A stretch of 64,000 nucleotides of DNA from Candidatus Kapaibacterium sp. (lineage in GTDB: Bacteria > Bacteroidota > Ignavibacteria > Palsa-1295): contig JADGPZ010000003.1 in NCBI GenBank assembly GCA_017882165.1, positions 878 through 64,877 of the forward strand. Direction: 5' to 3'. Below, one piece after another: positions 50,134-60,441 of this stretch. Both the position numbers and the translations under genes were made by a program. Positions within the stretch are counted from its first letter, which is position 1. The number at the start of each line of letters is the position of its first letter. The notes under the pieces were generated by a model. That model was given only the letters and a program-made list of their open reading frames with translations, was not told where the DNA came from and searched no databases.

Positions 50134-51462
50134 CTACGCGGCAATCGGCTGCAAACGTCGAATTGCGCGGCGTGTAAACGTGATCTGCCCCGACCGAAGC
50201 GTCGCAATGAGCGCCACGTCACGATAACTCCAGCGCCCACTAATTTGTTTGGCGTGCAGTTGAATCATGACAAACAGAACCGCCATCATGCTCGACATGT
50301 AGTCCCCATACATAATCCCGAAGAAGCTTGCCGCACCATAGATAACTAAGCACTGAATAAGGAATTGACCATAGAAGAAGTCCTCCTCGGTTCGCCGCAG
50401 TCTGAAGCTGATGAGGACCGACTTCCACACGCATCCAAACAGCCACACAAAGGCCACCAGCCCGGTGATTCCAGCACGAAGCGGCCAGTAGAGATAGGCA
50501 TTATGCGTACCCAGAGTCGTGTACACGGCCGAAATTGGCATTCGATAGTATGTCTTCCATGGAATTCCTACGGGGACTCCTAATATCGGATGTTGCCAGA
50601 TATTCTGGAGTACGTTAGGAAGTTCCAACAACCGGATGTAGGCCGAACCTTCGCCCGCCGGAGCAACAATCCCTGAGAGACGAAGAAATACGTTGAGGGG
50701 ATTGATGATAATCGCCAATAAAACGAACGAAAGCAGAAACGCTCCCAGAGCCACCGCTTGGCGGCCCCTCCGTTGCTTCGGAAGCGTCACAAACATGCTC
50801 AGGATCGCGCCCAGCGTCGCAACCATCGCGGTTCTCCGATAGCCGAGAATCATCACGGCAACCATCAATGGAGTGGCAGCAATCACAACCCATTGTAGCT
50901 TCTTTAACGCTGTACCCCGATAGTGAAGGAACACCACGCCAGCCAGAATGCCGACGGAGATCAGGTAGGCATCCCGCCATAGTTGAATAACTCCCCAACT
51001 CTTCGATACGTCGTGCGAGAAAAACTGGACGCTAAGCCCATCGAGGCATTTTGCGATTGCGGCCCAGATGATGATCTTAATAAGGATGTCTCGATCTGAC
51101 TCGTCCCGAAATGTATTGCTAATCAAAAAGAAGAAAAATGGAAGAGCAAATGCTTCATGCGCCTCGAGGACACCGACATACCGCTGCGTGATGATCGATC
51201 CCCGGAACCAGGAGAAAAAGAGGACAAAGGCGACGAGCAGTAACGGTCCGGCAAAATACGAGCGCCGAACACGAAAGTCTCCTGTCATCGTCCGCTCAAG
51301 CAGAAGCACGACGGCCAGGAGAATTCCGATCTCCTCGACAATTGAAAGACCGCCCACCGTCGGAATCAACTCGTTCAGTTGGAGGAGAGAGCCACTGACC
51401 ATGTTTCCCTGCCAGAGGAGAAGCCAGCAAAGGAAATACTTCAGAGTCCGAAATGAGAGCAT
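50134..51462 (-). CDS. O-antigen ligase/polymerase-like (Wzy/WaaL family) membrane protein
   Basis: ~12 TM with a large periplasmic loop. Probable start MLSFRTLKYF (ATG 51462); the track's GTG start is 51510. Confidence 0.5.
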   Translation of the reverse strand: MLSFRTLKYFLCWLLLWQGNMVSGSLLQLNELIPTVGGLSIVEEIGILLAVVLLLERTMTGDFRVRRSYFAGPLLLVAFVLFFSWFRGSIITQRYVGVLEAHEAFALPFFFFLISNTFRDESDRDILIKIIIWAAIAKCLDGLSVQFFSHDVSKSWGVIQLWRDAYLISVGILAGVVFLHYRGTALKKLQWVVIAATPLMVAVMILGYRRTAMVATLGAILSMFVTLPKQRRGRQAVALGAFLLSFVLLAIIINPLNVFLRLSGIVAPAGEGSAYIRLLELPNVLQNIWQHPILGVPVGIPWKTYYRMPISAVYTTLGTHNAYLYWPLRAGITGLVAFVWLFGCVWKSVLISFRLRRTEEDFFYGQFLIQCLVIYGAASFFGIMYGDYMSSMMAVLFVMIQLHAKQISGRWSYRDVALIATLRSGQITFTRRAIRRLQPIAA

Positions 51463-51506
51463 GCTGGTCTCTTCCGTTCTACCGGCGCGATTGAGGAATG
51501 ATACAC

Positions 51507-52760
51507 TCACGAAGATAGATGACGATCGAAATAAATCGCTCCGCTGCGAGTTGGGGGTCTGGATGCGGCCGTTGAACGTACAGCCAAACCCATCATGGAG
51601 ATATATCCGAGATACAGGATTGTCAATGCAGCACCGGCTGTTAAACCCAGCAGTAGCATCGGCAGCCGTTTCGGGCTCGAACGGACATCCGGCGTGCGAG
51701 CAAGGTCGAGGATCGTGATGATCGACTTCTCACGCTCCTGATTGATCTTCTGCTGCTCAACTTCTCGATTCAAATAGGTTACGACCGGCTCAAGCGCAGC
51801 GCGGCGCAGAAGCAGATTCGCATAGACGCGGTTGACTTCCGGCATTTCATTGAATGCAGGACCGATCTCTGAACTCCGTTGATACTGTTGCAGAACAGCG
51901 CTCGCCGCACTCGCGCGAGCTGTTGCTTTCGCACGCGCGCTTCCACGCTCCGTAAATTCGCGAGATAAGGCGTTGGCTTCGATTGCCGCCTCGTCCTGAT
52001 CGGCTCTCAACTGAGCTATCTGCTCGATGGCAGCAATGGTTTGCGTCTTCAATTGAACGATTCCATGCTCCTGCTCGAATCGCTCCTGCACCATGCTGAA
52101 AGAATCAAGATCCGCTTTCCGGCTTGCATATTCTGATTCCGCGTAGAGCAGTTGGATGTGCGCGTCGTTCTTGATCTCGCGCAGGAATAAGCTATCCATC
52201 GCGTGAATCGCGAGATTGGCGAGCCGCGCTGACAACTGGCGCGCTTCTTCCTTCTCCTGTGCCGTGGAAAACCACGGCGTCGAAACCGACGCCTTGACAT
52301 CAACTTTTGAAAAATTTGGTAAGACCACAAGCGCCTGTTCGATTGCCGAGATCACGTCATCGTGCGAACCGGAATCATCATGATAATGGCGGGCGATCAG
52401 GGAATCCTGTGCGAGGCACTCGGCCACCGCGCGAGACTCAAGGATATTCTGCAGGAGATCGACAGAGGGGTTCTCAACTTCCTTCAATATCTTCAGCGCA
52501 TAGCCCGCATTCAAACCCGAGAGCAAACCTGACGAAGAGAGGCGATCCGGAGGGAGAATCCGTGTTTCCGCCTCGAACGTGTAGGGCATGACATATGTCG
52601 CCGCAAGAAACACTCCGCCCGAAATAAGGACAAGCGCAATCGCCACCCACTTGTGGCGTGCGACGAGCGCGAGGTAGTCCAGGATGTGGACATCCGGTTT
52701 CAAATCAGGAACAACAGGCTCGGGAATTACCGACTCTGTTGTGTGAGGCAGTTGCTGCAT
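51507..52760 (-). CDS. Polysaccharide chain-length determinant (Wzz/GumC-like, PCP family) protein
   Basis: N- and C-terminal TM helices flanking a coiled-coil periplasmic domain; N-terminus LDYLALVARHKWVAIALVLISG typical of Wzz. Confidence 0.55.
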   Translation of the reverse strand: MQQLPHTTESVIPEPVVPDLKPDVHILDYLALVARHKWVAIALVLISGGVFLAATYVMPYTFEAETRILPPDRLSSSGLLSGLNAGYALKILKEVENPSVDLLQNILESRAVAECLAQDSLIARHYHDDSGSHDDVISAIEQALVVLPNFSKVDVKASVSTPWFSTAQEKEEARQLSARLANLAIHAMDSLFLREIKNDAHIQLLYAESEYASRKADLDSFSMVQERFEQEHGIVQLKTQTIAAIEQIAQLRADQDEAAIEANALSREFTERGSARAKATARASAASAVLQQYQRSSEIGPAFNEMPEVNRVYANLLLRRAALEPVVTYLNREVEQQKINQEREKSIITILDLARTPDVRSSPKRLPMLLLGLTAGAALTILYLGYISMMGLAVRSTAASRPPTRSGAIYFDRHLSS

Positions 52761-52868
52761 TGCTCCAGTAGGCAGTGGTTCAGGCCATCAACGTTAAGCC
52801 GCTGACTCCGTTTCCCTGCGGGAGGGTAAATATGAATGCCTATCGGTAATCGCCAGAGCGGTCGCGGC

Positions 52869-54965
52869 CTATGCCGCGACCCCCGTCTTGCCCTTTGCAG
52901 CCTCGATGATCTGTTCCTGGATCGAGCGCGGCGCTTCTTCGTAGCGGGAGAATTGCATGGTGTAAATCGCGCGCCCCTGCGACATCGAACGCATCACCGT
53001 CGCGTACCCAAACATTTCCGAAAGCGGAACGGAAGCTTTGATCACCTGCGCGTCAGACCGAGCAGTCATACTCTCGATCTTCCCGCGGCGCTTTGTCAAA
53101 TCACCGATCACATCGCCCATGTAATCTTCGGGTGTGACAACTTCGACATCCATGATTGGCTCGAGGATTACCGGGTGTGCCTTCCGAGCGCCTTCCTTGA
53201 ACGCCATCGAGCCTGCGATCTTAAACGCCATTTCGCTCGAATCGACTTCGTGGAAGGAGCCTTCGAAGAGCTTCACCTTGATATCTTCGACCGGATAGCC
53301 GGCGATGATCCCGTTCTTCATCGCTTCGACAATGCCAGCCGAGACCGGCGCGATATACTCCTTCGGGATCGAGCCGCCGACGATGGCATTCACGAATTCG
53401 TAGCCCTTGCCTGGCTCGTTTGGCTCGAGTTCGATCCAAACGTGACCGAACTGACCGCGGCCACCCGATTGACGCACAAACTTCCCTTCCTGCGTGACTT
53501 TCTTCCGAATGGTCTCTTTGTATGCGACTTGTGGCTTGCCAACATTCGCCTCAACGCGAAACTCGCGTTTCATGCGATCGACGAGAATCTCCAGATGCAA
53601 CTCGCCCATTCCGGAAAGAATGGTTTGCCCCGTCTCTTCATCGGTCTTGACTCTGAACGTCGGATCTTCGTCCGCAAGCTTCTGCAATGCCTCACCCATC
53701 TTCTCCGAGTCTGCTTTCGTCTTCGGCTCGACCGCGAGCGAGATGACAGGCTCCGGAAAGATCATGCGCTCGAGCACGATTGGATCGTCCTCATCACAGA
53801 GGGTATCTCCGGTGCGCGTTTGCTTCAGACCTACCGCCGCACAGATGTCTCCCGTATATGCTTCCTCGATGTCCTCGCGATGATTCGCGTGCATTCGAAG
53901 GATGCGCCCGATCCGCTCCTTGCGGCCACTGATGGAGTTCAGCACATACGAACCGGCCTTCAGCGTACCGGAATAAACGCGGAAGAACGTCAGCTTGCCG
54001 ACAAACGGGTCGGTCATGATCTTGAACGCAATCGCGGCGAACTTCTCGTTGTCGCGCGGCTCCCGGCTAATATGGTCCGTGAGGTTGAGATGGTGTCCTT
54101 CGACCGCGCCAACATCCAGCGGATTCGGCAGATAATCGACAACGGCATCCAACAGGTTCTGTACACCCTTGTTTTTGAACGCCGATCCGCACATCACCGG
54201 AATAATCTTCGACTGGATCACGGCTTCACGAAGTACGCGCATCACCTCCTCCGAAGTGATTTCTTGCCCTTCCAGATACTTCACAAGCAGCGTGTCGTCA
54301 ACCTCCGCAACGGATTCGAAGAGGCGCGTGCGCCACTCTTTCGCATGTTCTTTCAGATTCTCCGGAATCGGAACGTCTTCGAAGGTCGAGCCCAGCGTGT
54401 TCTCATTATACATGCGGGCCGTGTTCGTGACGAGATCGATCACACCGGCGAACAACTCCCCCTCGCCGATTGGAAGATTGATCGGAATCGGATTGGCTTT
54501 GAGCCGCTCCTTGATCATCTCTATGACATTGAAAAAGTTCGCACCGGTGCGGTCCATCTTATTGACGAACGCAATGCGTGGCACGCCGTACTTATTGGCC
54601 TGACGCCAGACCGTCTCCGATTGCGGTTCGACGCCACCAACTGCGCAAAAAAGCGCGACCGCACCATCGAGCACGCGGAGCGACCGCTCGACTTCGACGG
54701 TAAAATCGACGTGACCGGGCGTATCAATGATATTGATCTGGGTATCACGCCATACGCAGGCTGTCGCAGCAGACGTAATCGTGATGCCCCGCTCCTTCTC
54801 CTGCTCCATCCAGTCCATGGTTGCGCCGCCATCATGGACTTCACCCATCCGGTGGACGACGCCCGTATAGAACAGGATCCGCTCAGTCGTCGTCGTCTTT
54901 CCGGCGTCGATATGCGCCATGATCCCGATGTTCCGAGTGTGTGCGAGTGCGTATTTGCGTGGCAT
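52869..54965 (-). CDS. fusA: Elongation factor G
   Basis: 698 aa, [24 protein letters not shown].... No rpsL/rpsG adjacent. Confidence 0.95.
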   Translation of the reverse strand: MPRKYALAHTRNIGIMAHIDAGKTTTTERILFYTGVVHRMGEVHDGGATMDWMEQEKERGITITSAATACVWRDTQINIIDTPGHVDFTVEVERSLRVLDGAVALFCAVGGVEPQSETVWRQANKYGVPRIAFVNKMDRTGANFFNVIEMIKERLKANPIPINLPIGEGELFAGVIDLVTNTARMYNENTLGSTFEDVPIPENLKEHAKEWRTRLFESVAEVDDTLLVKYLEGQEITSEEVMRVLREAVIQSKIIPVMCGSAFKNKGVQNLLDAVVDYLPNPLDVGAVEGHHLNLTDHISREPRDNEKFAAIAFKIMTDPFVGKLTFFRVYSGTLKAGSYVLNSISGRKERIGRILRMHANHREDIEEAYTGDICAAVGLKQTRTGDTLCDEDDPIVLERMIFPEPVISLAVEPKTKADSEKMGEALQKLADEDPTFRVKTDEETGQTILSGMGELHLEILVDRMKREFRVEANVGKPQVAYKETIRKKVTQEGKFVRQSGGRGQFGHVWIELEPNEPGKGYEFVNAIVGGSIPKEYIAPVSAGIVEAMKNGIIAGYPVEDIKVKLFEGSFHEVDSSEMAFKIAGSMAFKEGARKAHPVILEPIMDVEVVTPEDYMGDVIGDLTKRRGKIESMTARSDAQVIKASVPLSEMFGYATVMRSMSQGRAIYTMQFSRYEEAPRSIQEQIIEAAKGKTGVAA

Positions 54966-55169
54966 AAAACTCTATGTGTGCTTTCTATCCGATAACAACG
55001 ATATGGCCCATTTCCTGCAATTTGAACCAGAGAGGGCCTCCAACATGGTATTCTGAGCGTTGGGGCGCGGCATTAACCGCACACAGGCTGGCTTAGTTCA
55101 GAAGTGGTGTCGGTGGGATGAAATCCTAATATTCGCGCGACAAACGCCCAAACTCCGTATTTTCGCCCC

Positions 55170-56750
55170 ATGTTCTCCCGTTGCTACTCCGCTACTACCC
55201 AAGGAATCGAAGCTTATACCGTCGAAATCGAGACGCACGTCGAGGCTCACGTGCCGAGTTATGCCATCGTCGGACTGCCGGACTCGGCCGTCCGCGAGAG
55301 TAAGGAGCGCGTGCTCAGCGCCATGAAGAATAGCGCCCTGCCGTTCGACACGAACCGCAAGATTACGATCAATCTTGCCCCGGCCGACATTCGCAAAGAG
55401 GGCAGCGCCTTCGATCTGCCGATTGCGCTCGGACTTCTTGCGACTGGTGGTGTCGTCGATACCGAACGCCTGCAAGAGTATGTCCTGCTCGGCGAACTTG
55501 CCCTCGACGGGACAGTGCGGCCCGTCCGCGGCTCGCTGAACGTTGCTCTGCATACTCGAAAGCTTCGAGAGAAACTGCCGAATCTCAAAGGCATGATCGT
55601 GCCTCTGGAGAATGCCAAGGAGGCCGGACTCGTGCAGGAGATCGATGTCTATGGCGTTCGCACGCTCCGCGAGGCTGTGGACATTCTGAACGGGCTGCTC
55701 ACGCCCGATCCGATTCGTATTGACATTGACAAAATCTTCCGCGAAGATACGCACGAAGGAATGCTCGACTTCTCCGACGTGAAGGGACAGGAGGCCGTCA
55801 AGCGCGCGTTGGAAGTCGCTGCAGCCGGTGGTCATAATATCATCATGGTCGGCGCGCCCGGATCGGGCAAGAGCATGTTGGCAAAGCGCTTTCCATCCAT
55901 CATGCCACCGCTCACGTTCGACGAAGCGCTCGAGACAACCAAGATTCATAGCGTGGCCGGTACGCTTGCGCCTAATACTCCCCTGCTCACTTCGCGTCCC
56001 TTCCGCTCGCCGCATCATACGATTTCGGATGCCGCACTCGTCGGCGGCGGGATGGCGAACATTCGGCCTGGCGAGATTTCGCTCGCGCACCACGGGGTGC
56101 TCTTTCTCGACGAGCTTCCGGAATTCCAGCGCAACGTGCTCGAAGTCCTGCGCCAGCCGCTCGAAGACGGCTCGATCAGGATCTCGCGTACGCGCATGAC
56201 CGTCGAGTATCCCGCGAGCTTCATGCTCATCTGCGCGATGAACCCCTGTCCGTGTGGACACTTCGGCTCGACGATCCACGCCTGCACCTGCGCCGAGGGA
56301 GCGATCCAACGGTACATGAGCAAAGTCTCGGGACCGTTGCTCGACCGCATCGACATTCACATTGAAGTCCCGAGCGTGAAGGTCGAAGATCTGTCGAAGA
56401 AATCAACTGGCGAACCATCGAAGAAGATTCGCGAGCGCGTCATAGCGGCACGCGAGCGGCAAACGCGCCGATACATGGACGCGACCATCCCTGGCAGCAA
56501 ACGGCGCATCTACAAGAATGCTGACTTGCCTCCAAAACTCGTCGAGCAATTTTGTGAGATCGGCGAAGAAGGCCGAAACGTCCTCAAGATGGCGATGAAC
56601 CGGATGGGTTACTCCGCGCGCGCATACGACCGTATCCTCAAAGTCGCTCGCACCATCGCCGATCTGGCCGGTGTAGAGAATATTACGACTGCTCATCTCA
56701 GCGAGGCAATCCAATACCGTAGTCTTGACCGGCAATTCTGGAATGCGTGA
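55170..56750 (+). CDS. YifB/ComM-family Mg-chelatase-like AAA+ ATPase
   Basis: N-terminus MFSRCYSATTQGIEAYTVEIETHV...IVGLPDSAVRESKERV; Walker A GAPGSGKSM; 526 aa. Confidence 0.85.
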   Translation: MFSRCYSATTQGIEAYTVEIETHVEAHVPSYAIVGLPDSAVRESKERVLSAMKNSALPFDTNRKITINLAPADIRKEGSAFDLPIALGLLATGGVVDTERLQEYVLLGELALDGTVRPVRGSLNVALHTRKLREKLPNLKGMIVPLENAKEAGLVQEIDVYGVRTLREAVDILNGLLTPDPIRIDIDKIFREDTHEGMLDFSDVKGQEAVKRALEVAAAGGHNIIMVGAPGSGKSMLAKRFPSIMPPLTFDEALETTKIHSVAGTLAPNTPLLTSRPFRSPHHTISDAALVGGGMANIRPGEISLAHHGVLFLDELPEFQRNVLEVLRQPLEDGSIRISRTRMTVEYPASFMLICAMNPCPCGHFGSTIHACTCAEGAIQRYMSKVSGPLLDRIDIHIEVPSVKVEDLSKKSTGEPSKKIRERVIAARERQTRRYMDATIPGSKRRIYKNADLPPKLVEQFCEIGEEGRNVLKMAMNRMGYSARAYDRILKVARTIADLAGVENITTAHLSEAIQYRSLDRQFWNA

Positions 56751-56829
56751 TGGCTTTGCGTGATGATGGAAACCCGTCGCACTTGCAAACGGTTATCGCG
56801 CCCGCAATATATATCAGCTTGCCCGGTGT

Positions 56830-56902
<73 letters not shown>

Positions 56903-56988
56903 CACAGGGCAAATATGAATAGAAAAATGGAATTAGGAGGGAGGAATGACCGTTAGCGGCAGCCCTCATTGCTAATGAGTGCGGTTCT

Positions 56989-57062
56989 GGAGTGGTAGTT
57001 CAGTTGGTTAGAACGCCTGCCTGTCACGTAGGAGGTCGCGGGTTCGAGTCCCGTCCGCTCCG
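56989..57062 (+). tRNA. tRNA-Asp (anticodon GUC)
   Basis: GGAGTGGTAGTTCAGTTGGTTAGAACGCCTGCCTGTCACGTAGGAGGTCGCGGGTTCGAGTCCCGTCCGCTCCG is near-identical in pattern to canonical bacterial tRNA-Asp; discriminator G73. Confidence 0.9.
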
Positions 57063-57226
57063 CATACTGTAGAGTAACGAGTGATGAGAAACGAGTATCG
57101 AGCACTCGGTCTTTCATCACTCGTTTCTCATTACTGACACATTTCTCACGCAACTTCTTACAGCCCGCCTCGTTCTAGTAGGCAAGAAGAATCATCCACA
57201 CACTCTTTCACACTTTGGAGGGTATC

Positions 57227-57859
57227 ATGAGACTATTCGGACGATCAGGTTTATTAGGAGCGGCAATTGCGCTTGTCATTGGCGCCGGAGTTCTCTCGGC
57301 GAGCCTGAACTCCTGTGCGGCGATCAACGCGCTGGCAAACCTCCAGCACATTCAGTTTAAGCTGAGTGATGTGCAGAGCGTTCGGCTTGCCGGTATCGAC
57401 GTGAGAAACAAGCACAGCGTCTCCGATTTTAGCGTGATGGACGGCCTCAGTCTGATGAACGCTTTCTCTTCCGGGCGATTCCCACTCACATTCACACTGA
57501 ACGTTGAAGCCAAAAATCCGAACGCTCCGAACGCGGCTTATGGCGCGCTGAAAGTAATCGATCTCCCTTGGCGGCTGTTGCTGAATGGGCATGAGACGAT
57601 CAGCGGCAATATTGGCGGCCCGGTTGGTGTGCCGCCCGGAGGACAGACTACAATCATTCCTCTGCAAGTGACCGTCGATCTCAAGCAGTTCTTTGCGAAT
57701 CAGGGTTACAATGACATGCTCCAGCTTGCTCTTGCGCTCTCCGGTCAGGGCGGCGTTTCGCAAGTCCAACTCAAAACGACGCCGACGATGTCCACGCCGC
57801 TCGGCAACGTCCGGTATCCCGGCGAGTTAACGGTTGTCAGCACGGAATTTCGATCATAG
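57227..57859 (+). CDS. Hypothetical lipoprotein (possibly LEA-2/WHy-like)
   Basis: ATG 57227, MRLFGRSGLLGAAIALVIGAGVLSASLNSC lipobox-like. Flanked by agtaacgagtgatgag direct repeats. Confidence 0.4.
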   Translation: MRLFGRSGLLGAAIALVIGAGVLSASLNSCAAINALANLQHIQFKLSDVQSVRLAGIDVRNKHSVSDFSVMDGLSLMNAFSSGRFPLTFTLNVEAKNPNAPNAAYGALKVIDLPWRLLLNGHETISGNIGGPVGVPPGGQTTIIPLQVTVDLKQFFANQGYNDMLQLALALSGQGGVSQVQLKTTPTMSTPLGNVRYPGELTVVSTEFRS

Positions 57860-57895
57860 TAACGAGTGATGAGTAACGAGTGAAGAAACGACTCG

Positions 57896-58606
57896 TTGCT
57901 TCTTACTCGTTATCCATTTACCTTGCGTAAGAACGGAATCATCATCGCGATCGACGGGCCGACAGCGTCCGGCAAGAGCACGACGGCGAAACAAGTCGCC
58001 GCTCGTTTGGGCTTTCTCCATTTGAATACTGGCGCGATGTACCGCGCGTTCGCGCTGCTGGTTCGCCGGCGCGATCATCATGGCCACGATCCCGCTCGCG
58101 TTCATACGCTCATCGAGCAGGCGGACATCCGCTTCTCCCCCGCTGGCGTGATTCAACTCGATGGCGCCGATGTCTCGCGCGAAATTCAGGAGCCGGACAT
58201 TGCCTTGCTCGCCAGCGAGCTTTCGACGAACCCGGAAGTCCGCGCCAAGCTGCTCCTGAAGCAGCGCGCTATCGGCAACGATGGCGGGGTTGTGCTCGAA
58301 GGCCGCGACATTGGAACGGTCGTCTTCCCCGATGCCGAGTTGAAGATCTTCCTCGTCGCCGACGCTTTGGTTCGTGCCCAGCGCCGCCAACTCGAGATGG
58401 AGCGTCTGGGCACGCACATTCCGCTCGAAGAGTTACGCCAACAGCTCGAAGAGCGCGACCGGCGCGACTCCGAGCGCCCCATCTCACCGCTCCGCAAAGC
58501 GCCAGATGCAATCGAAGTTGATACGACAAATTTGACGTTCGATGGGCAGGTGGAGCGCGTGTACGAAATGGCGCGAGACATCATGTCGCAAGAGGATCTT
58601 ACTTAG
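57896..58606 (+). CDS. cmk: Cytidylate kinase (true start probably TTG 57923, MRKNGIIIAIDGP)
   Basis: IIIAIDGPTASGKSTTAKQVAARLGFLHLNTGAMYRA, canonical Cmk. Confidence 0.85.
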   Translation: MLLTRYPFTLRKNGIIIAIDGPTASGKSTTAKQVAARLGFLHLNTGAMYRAFALLVRRRDHHGHDPARVHTLIEQADIRFSPAGVIQLDGADVSREIQEPDIALLASELSTNPEVRAKLLLKQRAIGNDGGVVLEGRDIGTVVFPDAELKIFLVADALVRAQRRQLEMERLGTHIPLEELRQQLEERDRRDSERPISPLRKAPDAIEVDTTNLTFDGQVERVYEMARDIMSQEDLT

Positions 58607-58632
58607 AACTCGCAATTAACACTTAGTACCTT

Positions 58633-58720
58633 GATTGTCACCGTCGATAAGAATTCCGGATTTTGCTGGGGCGTGGTTCGGGCCGTGAACATCGCCGAGG
58701 CGGAGCTTGCCGGGCAATAA
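58633..58720 (+). repeat. Duplicated copy (~92% identity) of the first ~80 nt of ispH (compare 59464-59550); encodes LIVTVDKNSGFCWGVVRAVNIAEAELAGQ*
   Basis: Direct alignment of ttgattgtcaccgtcgataagaattccggattttgctggggcgtggttcgggccgtgaacatcgccgaggcggagcttgccgggcaataa with the ispH 5' end. Confidence 0.6.
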
Positions 58721-58757
58721 GACGGGAACAAAGCTTGCATCTCTCACTGAGACTTCG

Positions 58758-58765
58758 TATATTTG
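58758..58765 (+). promoter_or_regulatory. TATATTTG: candidate -7 element (TAnnTTTG) upstream of the 58790 gene
   Basis: Exact motif 25 nt upstream of ATG 58790. Confidence 0.25.
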
Positions 58766-58789
58766 TGACCTTACAAACGATTGTTTCTT

Positions 58790-59419
58790 ATGTCAAAGCT
58801 GTGTTTCCTCCTTCTTCTTTTCCTTCTCGCCACATCGTTGCGAGCGCAAACAACGCGGAATGCCGAGCATCTCACGGCAGAGATCAAAACAAAGGGCGGC
58901 GAAGTGTTTCGAGGCCAGATTACGCGGGAGACGGCGGACACCGTCTTTATCATCAACGACCAAGGCAAGCAGGAGTTCGTGTTGCGATCGAGGATCGAAT
59001 CGATCTCCTACGCGGCACACCGGCTCGCCGATTTTGGTGAAGTTGGCATAACCATCGGGACCCCGTCCGGCTTAAACCTCGTCGCTGGCTATATGTGGCG
59101 ACATGTCGGAGTCCGACTGAGTGGTCTCTATCTCGGCAGCATTTCTGGAGTGCAGTTGGGCATCCCCATCAACATTGCGCGCTTCGAGAGCACCTCTCAC
59201 GACATTTCGCTCGTTGCCGCCACCAGCTCCATTACGACGCATCAAACGGATGTGTTTGGTGGGACAACGGAAGTGAATCACAACTTCACGGGTGTCGGCC
59301 CCGCGTACGAACTGAATGCTGGAGGATTCTATCTGGAACTGGGACTCCTCTTCGGGAGCGGGACCTATAGCAGTCCGCAGCTCGCCTTCCAAATCGGGTA
59401 CGTTCATGCGTTCCGCTGA
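58790..59419 (+). CDS. Secreted hypothetical protein (possible small outer-membrane beta-barrel)
   Basis: MSKLCFLLLLFLLATSLRAQ signal peptide; C-terminal ...FQIGYVHAFR; inserted between the two copies of the ispH 5' segment. Confidence 0.45.
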   Translation: MSKLCFLLLLFLLATSLRAQTTRNAEHLTAEIKTKGGEVFRGQITRETADTVFIINDQGKQEFVLRSRIESISYAAHRLADFGEVGITIGTPSGLNLVAGYMWRHVGVRLSGLYLGSISGVQLGIPINIARFESTSHDISLVAATSSITTHQTDVFGGTTEVNHNFTGVGPAYELNAGGFYLELGLLFGSGTYSSPQLAFQIGYVHAFR

Positions 59420-59460
59420 GGGACTTAACTTTTGATAGCAAGCTTGCGTTTGCTAAGTGG

Positions 59461-60420
59461 ATGCAAGTCACCGTTGATAAGAATTCAGGATTTTGCTGGG
59501 GTGTGGTTCGGGCAGTGAACATCGCAGAGGCGGAGCTTGCCGGACAATCCGGAAATGGCCGCGCACCTCGGCTCTACTCCCTCGGCGACATCATCCACAA
59601 TCCCGTCGAAGTCGATCGTCTTCGCTCCGAAGGCCTTGAGACGATTTCGCACGCCGATTTCGAGCGCATTGCCGAAGAGAACCGGACTTGCGGAATTGAA
59701 TCCAAAATACTCATCCGTGCTCACGGCGAGCCGCCATCGACATACGCCAAACTCGAAGAGCTTGGACTGGGAGTCGTGAATGCCACCTGCCCGGTGGTCG
59801 GCAAGGTGCAGGAACGCATCCGAAAGTTTTACGACAAGGGCTACCAGATGGTCATCTTCGGCAAGAAGGATCACGCCGAGGTCGTTGGATTGCGCGGTGT
59901 CGTCAACGACGAAGCAATCGTGGTGCTAACGGTCGAAGAAGCACTCGATAAAATAAAGTTCGATCGCCCGACGGTGCTCTTCTCGCAAACCACGATGGAC
60001 CGGCCAACCTTCCGCGAAATTCGCGACCGCTTGAAAGAGCGTATCGCCGATCTCGTTGTGGATACAATGGAAGAGACCGCAATCGAATTCCAGGCAAAGG
60101 ACACGATTTGCGGTCAGGTTTCGGGCCGCGAAGCGAAGCTCGCCGAGCTTGCACGTCAGCAGGATCTCGTGATTTTTGTCGCCGGACACAACAGCTCGAA
60201 TGGCAAAGTCCTCTTCAACGTAGCGAAGGACGCCAACCCGAACACCTACTTCATCGAGGACGAGCGAGAACTTCAGCCGGAGTGGTTTGCGAACTTGAAT
60301 AACGTCGCGGTCACCGGCGCCACGAGCACACCGCAATGGCTGATGCAGCGCGTTGGCGATGCGATCTACAAGATGTGTGGCGAGCCGGAAAAGGCGGAGT
60401 TGTTACCAATTCTCACATAG
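59461..60420 (+). CDS. ispH: 4-hydroxy-3-methylbut-2-enyl diphosphate reductase
   Basis: 319 aa, MQVTVDKNSGFCWGVVRAV..., IspH/LytB family Cys ligands. Confidence 0.85.
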   Translation: MQVTVDKNSGFCWGVVRAVNIAEAELAGQSGNGRAPRLYSLGDIIHNPVEVDRLRSEGLETISHADFERIAEENRTCGIESKILIRAHGEPPSTYAKLEELGLGVVNATCPVVGKVQERIRKFYDKGYQMVIFGKKDHAEVVGLRGVVNDEAIVVLTVEEALDKIKFDRPTVLFSQTTMDRPTFREIRDRLKERIADLVVDTMEETAIEFQAKDTICGQVSGREAKLAELARQQDLVIFVAGHNSSNGKVLFNVAKDANPNTYFIEDERELQPEWFANLNNVAVTGATSTPQWLMQRVGDAIYKMCGEPEKAELLPILT

Positions 60421-60441
60421 GGACACGCCGCTGGCGTGTCC

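Noticed and set aside
52836-54995. 719-aa ORF on the plus strand
   Set aside because: Exactly antisense to fusA; the long open frame is an artefact of high GC. Arg/His-rich nonsense composition.
55098-56360. 420-aa ORF on the minus strand
   Set aside because: Antisense to the well-supported comM/yifB gene; no domain-like sequence.
56953-57153. 66-aa minus-strand ORF
   Set aside because: Overlaps tRNA-Asp on the opposite strand; spurious.
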